Source: Eledone cirrhosa | Lineage: Eukaryota | NCBI GenBank assembly: GCA_964016885.1 | Contig: OZ024765.1 | Coordinates: forward strand, 14,570,001 to 14,634,000 | Length of the DNA stretch: 64,000 bases | Reading direction: 5' to 3' | In this document: one piece after another, positions 14,990 to 29,789 of the stretch | Layout of the letters: every line of letters begins with the position of its first letter | Position numbering within the stretch: position 1 is the first letter of the stretch | Made by a program: the position numbers and the translations under genes | Notes under the pieces: model-generated | Databases searched by the model: none | The model's input: only the letters and a program-made list of their open reading frames with translations | Told to the model about the DNA's origin: nothing

Positions 14990-15425
14990 TGCCTCAGTTG
15001 AAAGTGCTCATCGCCGGCAACCACGAAGACCTATCACATATAAAATCCACCACAACGCCTCAGTTGGAAGCGCTAATCCTCGACAACGACGGAGAACCAT
15101 CACAAAGCCTGAGCTGAAAGCGTTCATCGCCGACAACGACGAAGAGCCATCACATGTAGCATCCCTCACAAAGCTTCAGTCGGCAGCGCCCATCGTCGAC
15201 AACGACGAGGACCCATCACATGTAGCCTCCATCACAAAGGCAACTCACACGTGAACAGGCAGTTCCGTTGATTGCCTCAGCTGGAAGCGCTCATCGTCGA
15301 CAACGACGAAGACCCATCACAAAGGCAACTCACACCTGAACAGGCAGTTCCGTTGATTGCCTGAGCTGGAAGCGCTCATCGTCGACAACGACGGAGAAGA
15401 CCCCACATGCAGAATCCATCACAAA
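14990..15425. repeat. Degenerate minisatellite, 6 copies of a ~48-nt core
   Basis: Core GCCTCAGCTGGAAGCGCTCATCGTCGACAACGACGAAGACCCATCACA with variable spacers. Confidence 0.8.
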
Positions 15426-15714
15426 GACATGCGTCATATAAAAGAAAAACATACATATATATATATAAATATATACAAAAATATAATACATAATATAAAA
15501 TATATATATATATAAAAAAATAATAAAAAATAAGATAAATTGCAAAAGGAAGATAATCAATGATGGTGATCGAAAGCCAGCAAGCATTATACCCCGTCAA
15601 TGTATTATATATAGCTAATCAATCATGTTTAATCAATATTCCACTCATTACCTGTCAATCTATTAACTTGTAGTTATTTATTGATGAACTTATCATCTCA
15701 CTAACTATTTAGTT

Positions 15715-16320
15715 TTGTGTGGTGTTTGTTGTTGTAGGTGTCTTCGTTCTTGTTGTGGTTGGTGTGGTTGTTGTTGTGGTTGGTGTAGTTGAGTTGTTGT
15801 GGAGGTGGTGTTGTGGTGTTGTTGTGGTGGTGGTTGGTGTTTGTTGGTGTTGTTGGTGTCTTGACTGTTGTTGTGGTTGTGGTTGTTGTGTTTGGTGGTT
15901 GGTGTTGTTGTAGTGGTTGGTGGTTATAGTTTGTGGTTGTTGTGTTGTGGTGTTGTAGTGTTGTTGTGGTTGGTGGTTGGTGTTATTGTTGTTGTGGTGG
16001 TGGTGTTGTTGTAGTGGTTGGTGGTTGTTGTCTTGTGGTGTTGTGGTTGGTTGTTGTTGTGGTGTTGTTGTTGTTGTTGTGGTGGTGGTGTTGTTGTGGT
16101 TGGCGGTTATAGTTTGTGGTTGTTGTGTTGTAGTGATGTGGTTGGTGTTGTTGTGGAGTTGGTGTTGTTGTTGTGGTTGGTGTTGGAGGTGGTGGTGTTG
16201 GAGGTGGTGGTGTTGGAGGTGGTATTGTTGGTGTTGTTGATGTTGTTGTTGTGGTTGTTGTTGTGTTGGTGTTGTGATTGTTGTTGTTGGTGGTGTTGGT
16301 GGTGGTGTTTGCTATTGCAG
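15715..16320. repeat. (GTT/GGT)n low-complexity tract
   Basis: Direct reading. Confidence 0.9.
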
Positions 16321-16340
16321 CTGTACTAATTGTACACACA

Positions 16341-16377
<37 letters not shown>

Positions 16378-16381
<4 letters not shown>

Positions 16382-16710
16382 GACGAAACATAAGTCAATT
16401 GTATAAACTCATAATCCTTTATGACCTCATCAGGCAGTTAGTCACATCTTAGATATGACAGCTCTGTGTTTTTGGTGTTGATGGTTTGATATATATAACA
16501 ATCAAGTTTGAAAATAGAAATAGAAGCTTTCGTCGTATTTTTGACGAAAGAAATTTTAGCCCGATAGTGGGGTTTAGAACCCTCTAAGATATGGCAAAAG
16601 ATGAGTATTGGTGAACATAGGGGTCGAACGCAACCCCATTATCAGGCTAAAATTTCATTAGTCATAAATACGGCGAAAGCGAAAGCTTCTATCACTATTC
16701 TATTCATATA
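16378..16710. mobile_element. Rearranged HHR-bearing fragments and a fold-back (arms about 16518-16575 and 16632-16695)
   Basis: GACGAAACATAAGTC on +, CTGATGAGGTCATA on -, and GAAAGCTTC in both arms. Confidence 0.5.
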
Positions 16711-16734
16711 CATACATACGTATATATATTGAAA

Positions 16735-16933
16735 CGAGTAGGCCCCCGACGGCTGAGCTCAAGCCGTTTGGACGGCTAATTCTGGACATTTTAGTCCAGA
16801 ATTAGCCGTCGAAACGGCTTGAGCTCAGCCGTCAGAGTCCTACTCATTCCTATTACCCACTCTACTACCCTAAGTATTGAGTACTTTGGTGCGTTATGGT
16901 CTACCTGGTTCCTTACCACATTTCCTTCGTTAC
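16735..16933 (+). mobile_element. Family B fold-back
   Basis: Opposite orientation to 7929; loop at about 16789-16794. Confidence 0.8.
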
Positions 16934-17068
16934 GTATATATATATATGGTGTAGAAATCTCCGTGATCTCCATCAGACAACTGATGATGGGAAATTATGC
17001 GTCGTCCGTGTTTTCCTCTTATTTATAAATACACCTTAATCTGCAACTACACAGCCTTTGCTTCTTCT

Positions 17069-17129
<61 letters not shown>

Positions 17130-17181
17130 GATATATATATATTCGTTTTTGTATTTGCTTTGGCAATGTGCCTCTCCCAAA

Positions 17182-17232
<51 letters not shown>

Positions 17233-17304
17233 AATACATATAGAGTTTTCGCGGAATTAAAATTCTAAAGAAAGTTTCCAGTCAAACTTGCTGTTGTTTT
17301 TAAG

Positions 17305-17344
<40 letters not shown>

Positions 17345-17375
17345 CGAATATAAATAATAATAATAATGATATATA

Positions 17376-17424
<49 letters not shown>

Positions 17425-17570
17425 CGTATGCATGCATGTATATATTTGCACATATATCGTTAATAAAAATGATATAGACAGCGACACGGAGATAAATAAT
17501 AATGAAGATGATGATAATAATAATAATGATAATATATACAGACATATATACACACACATATATTCTTTTA

Positions 17571-17605
<35 letters not shown>

Positions 17606-17686
17606 ACATACACCTATTTATTTATATACACACACACACACACATATATATATGTGTATATATATTTATACATATACCTATTTATT

Positions 17687-17994
<308 letters not shown>

Positions 17995-18313
17995 GACAGA
18001 AGTGATAAGCACACTGCAATCGACCAACAGATAATTAAGAAATTCTATTGTAAACCAAAGGCAATAAATATTCAAAAGATGTTTCCCTCTAGACCTAGGT
18101 TGTTGGCAGTCGCCATTATACGTTCTTTCTGTCAGCCTCTTGTATTTTAGTCAAATATTGCTATGGATGGTGTAGTAGTACATCTATGGATGGTATGGTA
18201 TGATATAGTATGAATGGTTTGGTATAGAATGGTTGCTATTGTCAAAAATGTTTCCCGTTTGGATTTGTGACGTTGGCAGTATTTTATCATGTTCATATAT
18301 ATACATATATACA

Positions 18314-18614
<301 letters not shown>

Positions 18615-18724
18615 GGTATGGATGGTATGTATGATATAGTATGAATGGTATGTATACATGCTTGGTATTGTCAAAAATGGTTCCCGTTTGGATTTGTGTT
18701 TTTGGCAGTCTATTATAATGTTCG

Positions 18725-18761
<37 letters not shown>

Positions 18762-18914
18762 TAGTATGGATGGTATAGTTTTATAGCTATGGATGGTATG
18801 TATGGTGTTATATAGTGGTATGGTAACTCCTGGTAGATTCGTAGGAGTACCGTATTGACATACGGCGTTTCTTGGGCAATTTGTAACGCCTGGAAGAGCC
18901 CATCTCGCTCCAGG

Positions 18915-19021
18915 TCTGAGTACAGCAGATTTCTTCCAGAGATAGAAAGTGAGAGAGAGGAAATGAAAAAGATATATAGAGGAAGAATCGGCACCAGTAC
19001 TTCACTGGTACTTTATTTATA

Positions 19022-19052
<31 letters not shown>

Positions 19053-19395
19053 ATTTGAAGACTAAAATCCAAAGAGGGCTCGATAAGGGTAAATATATAT
19101 CAAATATATAAGAACCGTACAATATATATATATAGAGAGAGATAGAGTAAGAGAGAGGAAGTGAGAAAGATATATAGAGGAAGAATCGACTCCAGCACTT
19201 GACTGGTACTTTTTATCGACATCTTTAGGCCTGAGTACAGCAGATTTCTTCCAGAGGAAGATATAAAGTGAAAGAGAGGAAGTGAGAAAGAGATATAAAG
19301 GAAGAATTGACCCCAGTACTATACTGGTACTTTTTTTTATCGACATCGAAAGGATCAAAGGCAAAGTTGTCCTCGGCAGGATTTCAACTCGCAGT
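18915..19395 (-). mobile_element. tRNA-derived SINE remnant with triplicated adjacent segment
   Basis: Reverse complement reads GAGTTGAAATCC...CTTTGCCTTTGATCC...GTCGATAAAA...GTACCAGT. Confidence 0.6.
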
Positions 19396-19614
19396 CATAT
19401 TATGGTATGGATGGTAAGGTAGTTAATTGCGGGTATAGATGGAATAGTATGGTTGGTGTGATTTGGATGGCATGGGTGTTAAGATATGTATGGCATCAGT
19501 GCTATGGTATTGATGGTACGGAATAATTAGTATGTATGAATATATGATGTCATGCACGTATTTACAATTGAATGTATGCATATATGTATCTAGTTTTGAT
19601 GTATACACAGACAC

Positions 19615-19663
<49 letters not shown>

Positions 19664-19735
19664 TTACGTATGTATTTGTGTGTGTATCTATGAATGTATG
19701 ATTCTACAATACGTATGTATTTATGTATATGAACG

Positions 19736-19771
<36 letters not shown>

Positions 19772-20511
19772 CTTACGTATGTATTTGTGTGTATCTATGA
19801 ATGTATGATTCTATAATACGTATGTTTTTATGTATATGCGCGCACATATATATATATATATATATATTAGATATATACATAGATATACATTATATATATA
19901 TACACACACATAGGCACACACACACATATATATATACATACATATATATATACATACATATATATATACATATATACAGATATTTATATATATATACACT
20001 TACATAGATATATATACATACATACATTTATATATATATACATACATATATATATACACTTACATAGATATATATACATATACATACATACATTTATATA
20101 TATATACATACATATATATATACACTTACATAGATATATATACATATACATACATACATATATATATAAACATACATATATATATATATGAGTGTGTGTG
20201 TATGTATATATATATGTGTGTATGTATATATATGTGTGTATGTATATATATAAACATACATATATATATATATACATACACACATATATATACATACACA
20301 CACACTCATATATATATATATATATATATATGTAAGTATGCATGTATACGTACATACATATATGTATACAGACGTACAGTAGCATGCACATATAGTGCCA
20401 TACTAAGAGTGAGAAATGAAATTTCGTTTTCATTTTGTTTCAATTTATATATATATATATATACATACACACATATATATACATGCACACATATATATAC
20501 ATACACACACA

Positions 20512-20552
<41 letters not shown>

Positions 20553-20894
20553 TCCAATCATACAGCGATACATTTCCTTCAGGTGGAAGTTATAGATCAC
20601 GTGGTTTTTTTTTAATGAAAATTATTCTGTTTCACATCAGACACAGTAACGAAGAAAACAGCGGACCTCAGGCGTTCCAAAAGACACAAGGAGTAATTAG
20701 TGTTCAGAAAGATAATCTCATTTGTAATAATTACGTAAAAATAAGGAAGGAAAATAATGATATGAGAAAAATGCGAAGCAAAAATAACACGAAAAAGAAA
20801 ATGAAGAATATAAGGAATTAAATTGCAAAAGTTGTGGAAAGGGGAAAGGAGTGATGGAGTATACACCCCCGGAGACCTGTGGGGGTCTCCTTGG

Positions 20895-21680
20895 CTGGCC
20901 CTCGGGCCATCTCCCTACTAACCACTATTGACTTCTGGTGTTCTTGGCCCTAGGACCACCTCCCTACTCACAACCATCGCCTTCTGGTGCCGTTGGCCCT
21001 AGGACTACCTCCCTACACACCACCATCGGCTTCTGGTGTGCTTGACCCTAGGACTACCTCCCTACACACCACCATCGGCTTCTGGTGTGCTTGACCCTAG
21101 GACTACCTCCCTACACACCACCATCGGCTTCTGGTGTGCTTGACCCTAGGACTACCTCCCTACACACCACCATCGGCTTCTGGTGTGCTTGACCCTAGGA
21201 CTACCTCCCTACACACCACCATCGGCTTCTGGTGCCGTTGGCCCTAGGACTACCTCCCTACACACCACCATCGGCTTCTGGTGTGCTTGACCCTAGGACT
21301 ACCTCCCTTCACACACCACTATTGACTTCTCGTGTCCTTGGCCTTAGGACCATCTCCCTACTCACCACCATTGGCACAGAGTCGTCTACACGTAGCAATA
21401 GAGAACTCTGGTGTCCTTGGTCCCAAGATCATCTCCCTATTTATCACCATTGGATTCTGGTGTCCTTGGCCCTAGGGTCACCTCCCTACTCACCACTATC
21501 GGCACAGAGTTGGCTACCTGTAGCAGTGGAGACTTCTGGTGTCCTTGGCCCTAGGGCTACCTGCCTACTCACCACCATCGGCACAGAGTTGGCTACCTGT
21601 AGCAGTGTAGACTTCTGGTGTCCTTGGCCCTAGGAACACCCCTACTCACCACCATCGGCACAGAGTTGTCTACCCGTAGG
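20895..21680. repeat. 49-bp GC-balanced minisatellite with longer variant units at the 3' side
   Basis: Unit CCCTAGGACTACCTCCCTACACACCACCATCGGCTTCTGGTGTGCTTGA (starts at 20997, 21046, and so on). Confidence 0.9.
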
Positions 21681-21794
21681 TATGTGCCTTGCGAGCTGGA
21701 ATGGTTGCTCTTCCAACGTGTCTCCCTCACCATCCCTGGGAAAGCACCTTCTCTATTCTGTCCACCGGGGTTAGCTTTGCCACTCATCCTTAAG

Positions 21795-22280
21795 TGATCG
21801 ATAAAATAAATACCAGTGAAATACTGGGGACGATTTAATCAATTTCCCCTCCACCAAAATTATTGGCCTTGTGCCTAAATCAGAAAACATTTTTATAATT
21901 ATTATAACTAGAGCACCGGACAACTTGGTTTGCAGCATAGAGTTATGGCCCTTTACATTCTTAGTTCAAATTCGATTCAGCCTTTTAGCTTTGCAAATCA
22001 TTCTTTACGTTCTGGAGTGAAATCCTGCCGAGGCAAACTTAAACTTTCACCGTTCCATGGTCGATAAAATAAAGCACCAGTAATGCACTAGGGTCGATTT
22101 AGCCCAGATTTTTTCATTCTTAACGTTCTGAATTGAAATCTCGCCGAGGCCAACTTTATCTTTTACCCTTCCGTGGTCGATAAAATAAAGTACCAGTCAA
22201 ATACTAGGGTCAATTTACTCGACTTTCTGCCCGCTCTCCTTCTCCCCAAGAATAGCTGGCCGTATATTTAAATTAGAAAT
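21795..22280 (+). mobile_element. Cluster of three tRNA-derived SINE fragments
   Basis: Repeated TCGATAAAATAAA.(T/C)ACCAGT core and B-box-like GAAATCC. Confidence 0.7.
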
Positions 22281-22781
22281 TATAATTTGAAGCAGATTTG
22301 GCTGCACTTTCGTCTGCAGTTTTGCCAATTTTTGGCAAAAGTGTTGGCCAAGTCAAACTAAGCGTTCCCTCGTTTGCGCTCGATTCCCGACACTGGTATT
22401 TACTATTATTTATAGTTGAAGGCATTAACTTGGCAGATAAGGCCACGAATTGGCACAGTTGTTAAAGACACTGGCTAGAATATCTTGGAGCGTTTGTTTC
22501 AAATCTCTGCGAGTTCTCAGTGTTCAAATACCATCTCTGTTTATATCTCTATTTAGCCAAGATTTTTTTTATGTCACACCCGCTTAGGAAGGGCAGTAAT
22601 ATTGGCCCAACCTAAATACTTCCAGTTTTGTCACTCAACATTCGATACTGGTATCATGTAATATTTGTTGTTGTTTGTGGTGTTATAGATTTATGTTGTG
22701 GCTATAGTTTTATGCTACGGGTTACACGGCCTATTCGAAGAAAAAAAAACTAAAGTACCAGTAAGGTATTGCGTCAATATA

Positions 22782-22952
22782 CAGTATTTCCCGGCGCCGA
22801 AGACCCTTCGTCCTCGAGGAAGCACCCTAAATTAGACAACCAAAAATAAAGAAAAATAAAAAAATAAACAACCTTCGGCCTCTAGGACACATGGCAGATT
22901 TTTTAGACTTATTTTAGGAAAAAAGTAGCGTCTTCGGCGCCGGGAAATACGG
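22782..22952. mobile_element. Tc1/mariner(pogo)-type MITE
   Basis: TIRs C.GTATTTCCCGGCGCCGAAGAC and TA flanks on both sides. Confidence 0.85.
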
Positions 22953-22956
22953 TATG

Positions 22957-23004
<48 letters not shown>

Positions 23005-23540
23005 AATGAAATGAAATAACAGGAGGCTGGACTGGTGTAAATCCTTGAAAGGTTTATTATACTATGATCATTTCAATGACCGGGTTCCATATGAATCCGG
23101 TGATATCATGAGGTATTGGAATATAACAATGGAATATGTAAAAAGCCATGGGTCCGAAAAACCATGGGTCCTAGAAAACAGAGACAGATAGGGCGGCTGA
23201 CCAACTAGCTTCACAGCCAGCCGCCCTCAAAGTCGGACCCATGGTATTTCGGACCATGGCTTTTTACATATTCCTTTGTTATATTCCAATACCTGATGAT
23301 ATCACCGGATTCATATGGAACCCGGTCATTGAAATGATCATAGTATAATAAACCTTTCAAGGATTTACACCAGTCCAGCCTCCTGTTATTTCATTTATAA
23401 TTAACTCCGTATTCGCACCACCAACTACACAAACGAATATGGGTGAACTGCACTGCGTTGAGTACTCTTCACAATATTACACCAGGATTAACCATACGGA
23501 ATGACCAGTTCAATCCAGTGGTGAACCAACAAACCTTAAG

Positions 23541-23545
<5 letters not shown>
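23005..23545 (+). mobile_element. Family G fold-back; intact HHR at 23289-23346
   Basis: Arms about 23005-23170 and 23236-23397. ATAC-CTGATGA...GAAA-TGATCA-TA^GTAT. The left-arm core is mutated (CTCATGA). Confidence 0.85.
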
Positions 23546-23607
<62 letters not shown>

Positions 23608-23611
<4 letters not shown>

Positions 23612-24000
23612 GGTGTTGGATGCTTAAAGGGTCCGTAAGCGGTAGGCTGTTTGAGCACTCGATGCTCTTACAGTATATCACATAGGAAACGGAGAATCAG
23701 TGGTGCGACGAATAAAATGTATTAGACATATTACACTCGTTTCTCTGGCGACCAGCTCGAGGCACGATCGATGCAATGATCGAACCTGACTCTGAAATCG
23801 CAAGGTCCTCAGATACGTCTCGATTCTACGAAGCAGAGTTTCCAAAAAAACTCTGGAATAGAGACGTATCTGAGGACCTTGCTATTTCAGAGTCAGGTTC
23901 GATCATTGCATCGATCATGCCTCGAGCTGGTCGCCAGAGAAACGATTGTAATATGTCTAATAAATGTTATTCGTCGCAACACTGATTCTCCGTTTCTTAT

Positions 24001-24005
<5 letters not shown>
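23608..24005. mobile_element. Family H fold-back; HHR at 23866-23954 (+) and mirror copy (-)
   Basis: Arms of about 150 bp. GTAT-CTGAGGA...long stem II...GAAAC-GATT-GTA^ATAT, then AATAAA. Confidence 0.8.
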
Positions 24006-24082
<77 letters not shown>

Positions 24083-24320
24083 AGTATTACAAATATAAAT
24101 TAGCGAGAATCGTATTTCGGCTATTGGAAATTAGCGAAAAACAACTTCCGAGATGTGTGGCAAGCGCTCAATAAATTCTAACGAACCAGAGCCACAACAT
24201 ACATTAAAAGGCCAAACAGACTGAGACGATGGTTAAACCATTATCCGCACAACCATAGAAACGACCAAGTAATTCGGGTCAAATAAAAAAATAAATGTGA
24301 TATATATATATATATATATA

Positions 24321-24494
24321 CCATATTTCCCGGCGCAGACGAGGCTTCGTCCTCGAGGACGCACCCTAAATTTGACAAACATAAATTTGAAAAAAAAAAA
24401 AGATAATAAACAACCTTCGGCCTCCTGGACGCCTGGTGGATTTCTGAGACTTATTTTATGAAAAAAGTAGCGTCTTCAGCGCCGGGAAATACGG
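24321..24494. mobile_element. Second copy of the Tc1/mariner-type MITE
   Basis: Same TIRs and internal sequence as 22782; TA flanks. Confidence 0.85.
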
Positions 24495-24977
24495 TAAGCG
24501 ACTTTCACCGACATCCCCAGCTCCCAAACCTCCGAAATGCTGACCTTGTGCCTCAATTAGAAATCGTTATTGATGCAGTTATTGTTGTTGTTGTTATCAA
24601 TATTGATAATATCGATTTTCGTCACGATTTCGTTGACATTTTTATCTATTGTCGTTGTTGTCAGGTTTTGATGTTATTGTTATACAATATTTTCGGTGTT
24701 CTGATCGCAATGATGCGGTTGGTCTTGAAACTTTTGTCTATATAATGTTGTGGTGAATGTCATCACCGTTCCTGCTATTGTTGGTGTTATTGTTGTCATT
24801 GTTGTTACTATTGTTGTTGTGGCTATTGTTAATGTTGTTGTTGTTGTTGTTGTATGCGGCCCTTTGAAACGGTTGCTTCACTAGATTTTCCCTTCTAATA
24901 TTGTTTATATATTATAGGCGGAGGAGATTGGCAGAGATGAAACGGAGTATAGGCGTGGAACAGCGGATTCCTGAGAA

Positions 24978-25035
<58 letters not shown>

Positions 25036-25333
25036 ATATATATATATACAAATATGTATGTATGTGTATTTATATATATTCATACTTTTATACTTATATA
25101 ATAAATGTATTCGTTCAAGCATGTATATCGACGTTGTATATCAAAAGCATAGTACCATACCTTATATATACACAGGCACAAATGGTAAACATATATATTT
25201 ATGTGTATGTATGTGTATATATGTATGTATGTGTGAGTATGTATATGTGTATGTATATATATATGTATGTATATATATGTACCTATCTATCTATATATGT
25301 ATATATAAATCTCTCTCTCTCTCTCTATATATC

Positions 25334-25388
<55 letters not shown>

Positions 25389-25488
25389 CGGGAGAGAGAG
25401 AGAGAGAGAGAGAGAGACGTATATACACTCTGAAAAATTCATAGGTTCAAACGGACTTTAGCATATATGACACAGTATATATACCTCG

Positions 25489-25578
<90 letters not shown>

Positions 25579-25582
25579 CATA

Positions 25583-25685
25583 TAGCTTCAAAGCTCCCTC
25601 CTTTGAAATGCGACCTGAGGACGCCAGGTCGGCGTGAAAATCTGAGTAATAGACAGAATAAAAGAATAATTGTTAGACTTAGTGT
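25583..25685 (+). mobile_element. Family R fragment with HHR-like core
   Basis: CTGAGGA-CGCC-AGGTC-GGCG-T-GAAA (25615-25639), then AATAAA. Stems I and III are degenerate. Confidence 0.5.
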
Positions 25686-25703
25686 ACATACATACATACA
25701 TAC

Positions 25704-25751
<48 letters not shown>

Positions 25752-25766
25752 GTATATATATATATG

Positions 25767-25904
<138 letters not shown>

Positions 25905-26041
25905 CATATATATATACACTCACACACACACAAACGCTCATACACACATATATATATATATACACACACATATATATATACATATATATATATGTATATA
26001 TATATGTGTGTATATATATATATGTGTGTGTCTGAGTATGC

Positions 26042-26082
<41 letters not shown>

Positions 26083-26219
26083 CATAATCATTCGCACACA
26101 CACATGTACAGATACATATATATATATATATCTTTATACATCTAAATGTATATTATATACACACACAAACAGGCATATATATATGTATAAATATATGTAT
26201 ATATGCGTGTTTGTGTGCA

Positions 26220-26266
<47 letters not shown>

Positions 26267-26320
26267 GTATGTACATCTGTATATACATATATATATATAT
26301 GCATTCATATATATATACAT

Positions 26321-26367
<47 letters not shown>

Positions 26368-26496
26368 TATATATATATATACACATATATATATACATAT
26401 ATATATATGTATAAATATATATAGGTGTATAGGTATGTATATATATATATATACATATATATATATGGGTAGGTTAGGGTGGTAAGCGTTCCGTTA

Positions 26497-26515
26497 CTGG
26501 CCACAGGGGGCGCTA
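26497..26515 (+). promoter_or_regulatory. Candidate CTCF site
   Basis: TGGCCACAGGGGGCGCTA versus the consensus TGGCCACCAGGGGGCGCTA. Confidence 0.35.
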
Positions 26516-26619
26516 CCTACAATATGAGACGTGTGAGGGTGATAGAGATAGGACTGTGACACATATCATTAAAGGTATGAATGTAAAAAGGTGAGGTCAT
26601 GTGACCACCTCCATCGGGT

Positions 26620-28910
26620 ACCATCACCATCACCATCACCACTATCGTCACCATTATCATCATCACCACCACCACCACCACCACCATCATCATCACCATC
26701 ACCATCATCATTATCACCATCATCACTATCGTCATCACCATCATCATCATCATCATCGCCGCCATCATCATCATCACCTCCATCAGCTATGATCCTCCTC
26801 GCCTCCACAATAACACCACCTCCACCACCAACACATCCACATCCAACACCGCCACCATCACCACCACCACCACCACCACTAACACATCCAACACCACTAA
26901 CACAACCACATCACCGCCACATCCACCACCACCTCCACCTACACAGCCAACACCGCGCCCATCACCAACACCACCACCGCCACCAACATCACCACCAACA
27001 CATCCACATCCAACACCGCCACCACCATCACCACCACCAACACATCCAACACCGCCACCATCACCACCACCATCACCATCACCACCACCATCACCATCAC
27101 CAGCATCACCACCGCCACCACCAACACCACCACCACACCACCACTAACACCACCACCACCACCACCAGTAACACCCCACCACCAACACCACCACCACCAC
27201 CACTATCATTACTATTACTATTGCTGTTGCTGTTGTTGTTGTAGCTGCCATTGTCGTCTTATTGTATATGGAACAGCAACAACAACAATTCCACCAAAGA
27301 TCAAACGAAACCTATGTACCCCCCCTTTCACTCTCTCTCTCTCTCTATCTTTCTCTTTATCTGCCTCTCTCTCTCACATACAAACACTATCTCTCATTCC
27401 CTTTCTCCCTTCTCTCTCTATATATATATATCTGTCTCTATCGCTTTCCCTCTCTCTCATTCTCCCTACCTCTCTTATGTTCTCTTTGTCTCTCTCCCCC
27501 TTCTAACACACACATTATCTCTCCCCTCTCTCATTCTCTCTTATTCTTTCTCTCCTTTACCTTCTCTCTATCTCACACTCTCTCCTTCGTCTCTCTGACA
27601 CTCTCTCCTCTCTCTATCTCACACTCTTTCCTTCTCTCTGACACTCTCTCCTCTCTCTCACACTCTCCTTCTCTCTAAAACTCTCTCTTTCTTCTTCTAT
27701 CTCACTCTCACATTCTCTCCTTCTCTCTCCCCCTTCTTCTCTCACTCTCTCTCCTTCTCTCTCACTCTCACACTTTCTCCTCTCACACTCATTCTCCTAC
27801 TCTCTCTCACACTTTCTCCTTCTCTCTCACACTCTCTTCCTTCTCTCCTTCTTCCTCTCTCTCTCTCACATACACACACATTACCCCCACCCCCTCCCTC
27901 TCACTGTTATCAGTTGGGACAAGAGCCAAGTCAAGACAGTATTTTACTTGGAAGAGTTCTCACCTTCAGGACACCCTCACCCCACCCACCCCCACACTTC
28001 TACCTCACACAGTATAACACTCCCCCTCTCTTTACAGCCTCTTCCTCCTACACACTCACCATCGTTAGCCATCATCATCACCAATACCACCAACACCAGC
28101 ACCATTACCATAATCACCTCTACTACTACTACTTCTTTTTCTTCTTTTCAATCTTCTTCTTCATCTCATCTTCTTTATTTATTCTTCTTCTTTTCCTTCT
28201 TCTTCATCTCATTCTTCTTTATTTTCTTCTTTTCCTCCTTCTTTATGTTCTTTTTCTTCTTTTCCTTCTTCTTCATCTCATTCTTTATTTTCTTCTTTTC
28301 CTCCTTCTTTATGTTCTTTTCCTTCTTTTCCTCCTTCTTTATGTTCTTTTTCTTCTTTTCCTTCTTCATCTCATTCTTCTTTTCCTCCTTCTTTGTTCTT
28401 TCTTCTTTTCCTTCTTCATCTCATTCTTCTTTGTTCTTTTTCTTCTTCTTCATCTCATTCTTCTTTATGTTCTTTTTCTTCTTTTCCTTCTTCTTCATCT
28501 CATTCTTCTTCTTTATTTTCTTCTTTTCCTTCTTCATCTCATTCTTCTTTTCCTTCTTTATTTCCTTCTTCTTCATCTCATTCTCCTCCTACTTCTTCCT
28601 CTACTTCAGCCCCCTCCTCATCCACTCCACCCATCCCTCCCCCTCTTCCGTCCGTTCCTTGTCATTCCTTAACTAACCATTTATCAACCCAACAGCGTTG
28701 TTATTGTGCATTTCATCACCATCACAACCACCAGCATCACCACCACAACCACAACCACCGTCACCAGCATCATCACAATCAACATCAACATCCTCCTCCT
28801 TATCATCATCATCATCATCATCATCGTCAATAACATCACCACCACCAATATATCTACAGTTAACACGTCAGCAATACCTGTTACCACTACTCTCTCTCCC
28901 TCTCTCTCTC
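26620..28910. repeat. (CAC/CAT)n, (CT)n and (CTT)n low-complexity block
   Basis: Direct reading. Confidence 0.9.
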
Positions 28911-28961
28911 TATATATATACATATATATATGTATATATATATATGTATATATATATATAT

Positions 28962-29384
28962 GTAGGAGGTGAGTTTTATTGTAGTACAATAAAGCAATGC
29001 AGATATCGGATAAGAAGCACTCTACAGTTTGTGGGACTGGAGTATGCATAATATGAGATCAAAAGATGGTTAAAGGAGTTCAATATATTTTATTATGCGC
29101 ATTTCAAAAACAAACATCATCAAACAATAATATTTGTGTTTTCATCAGATAAAACAGGAGAACATGATATGAAGGCTAAAAAAACACTTGTTGATAGTGC
29201 AGTTTTAAATCAACATATGTTGATTTAAAACTGCACTATCCACAAGTGTTTTTTAGCCTTCATATCATGTCCTCCTGTTTTATCTGATGAAAACACAAAT
29301 ATTATTGTTTGATGATGTTTGTTTTTGAAATGCGCATAATAAAATATATTGAACTCCTTTAACCATCTTTTGATCTTATATTAT
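28962..29384. mobile_element. Family M loop-less palindrome; intact HHR at 29280-29342 (+) and mirror at about 29091-29153 (-)
   Basis: Centre at 29216/29217 with 168-bp arms. TTAT-CTGATGA...GAAA-TGCGCA-TA^ATAA. Confidence 0.85.
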
Positions 29385-29441
29385 ATATATATATATATAT
29401 GTATATAAATATATATAAATATGTGTGTATATATATATATA

Positions 29442-29519
<78 letters not shown>

Positions 29520-29574
29520 CATATATATATATATACATATACATATACATATATATATATATGTATACATATAC

Positions 29575-29638
<64 letters not shown>

Positions 29639-29644
29639 ATATAC

Positions 29645-29785
<141 letters not shown>

Positions 29786-29789
29786 TATA

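Noticed and set aside
24105-24150. Hairpin with GAAA resembling an HHR
   Set aside because: No CUGANGA-like core on that strand.
26517-28972. His-, Pro- and Phe-rich ORFs
   Set aside because: Low-complexity repeats.
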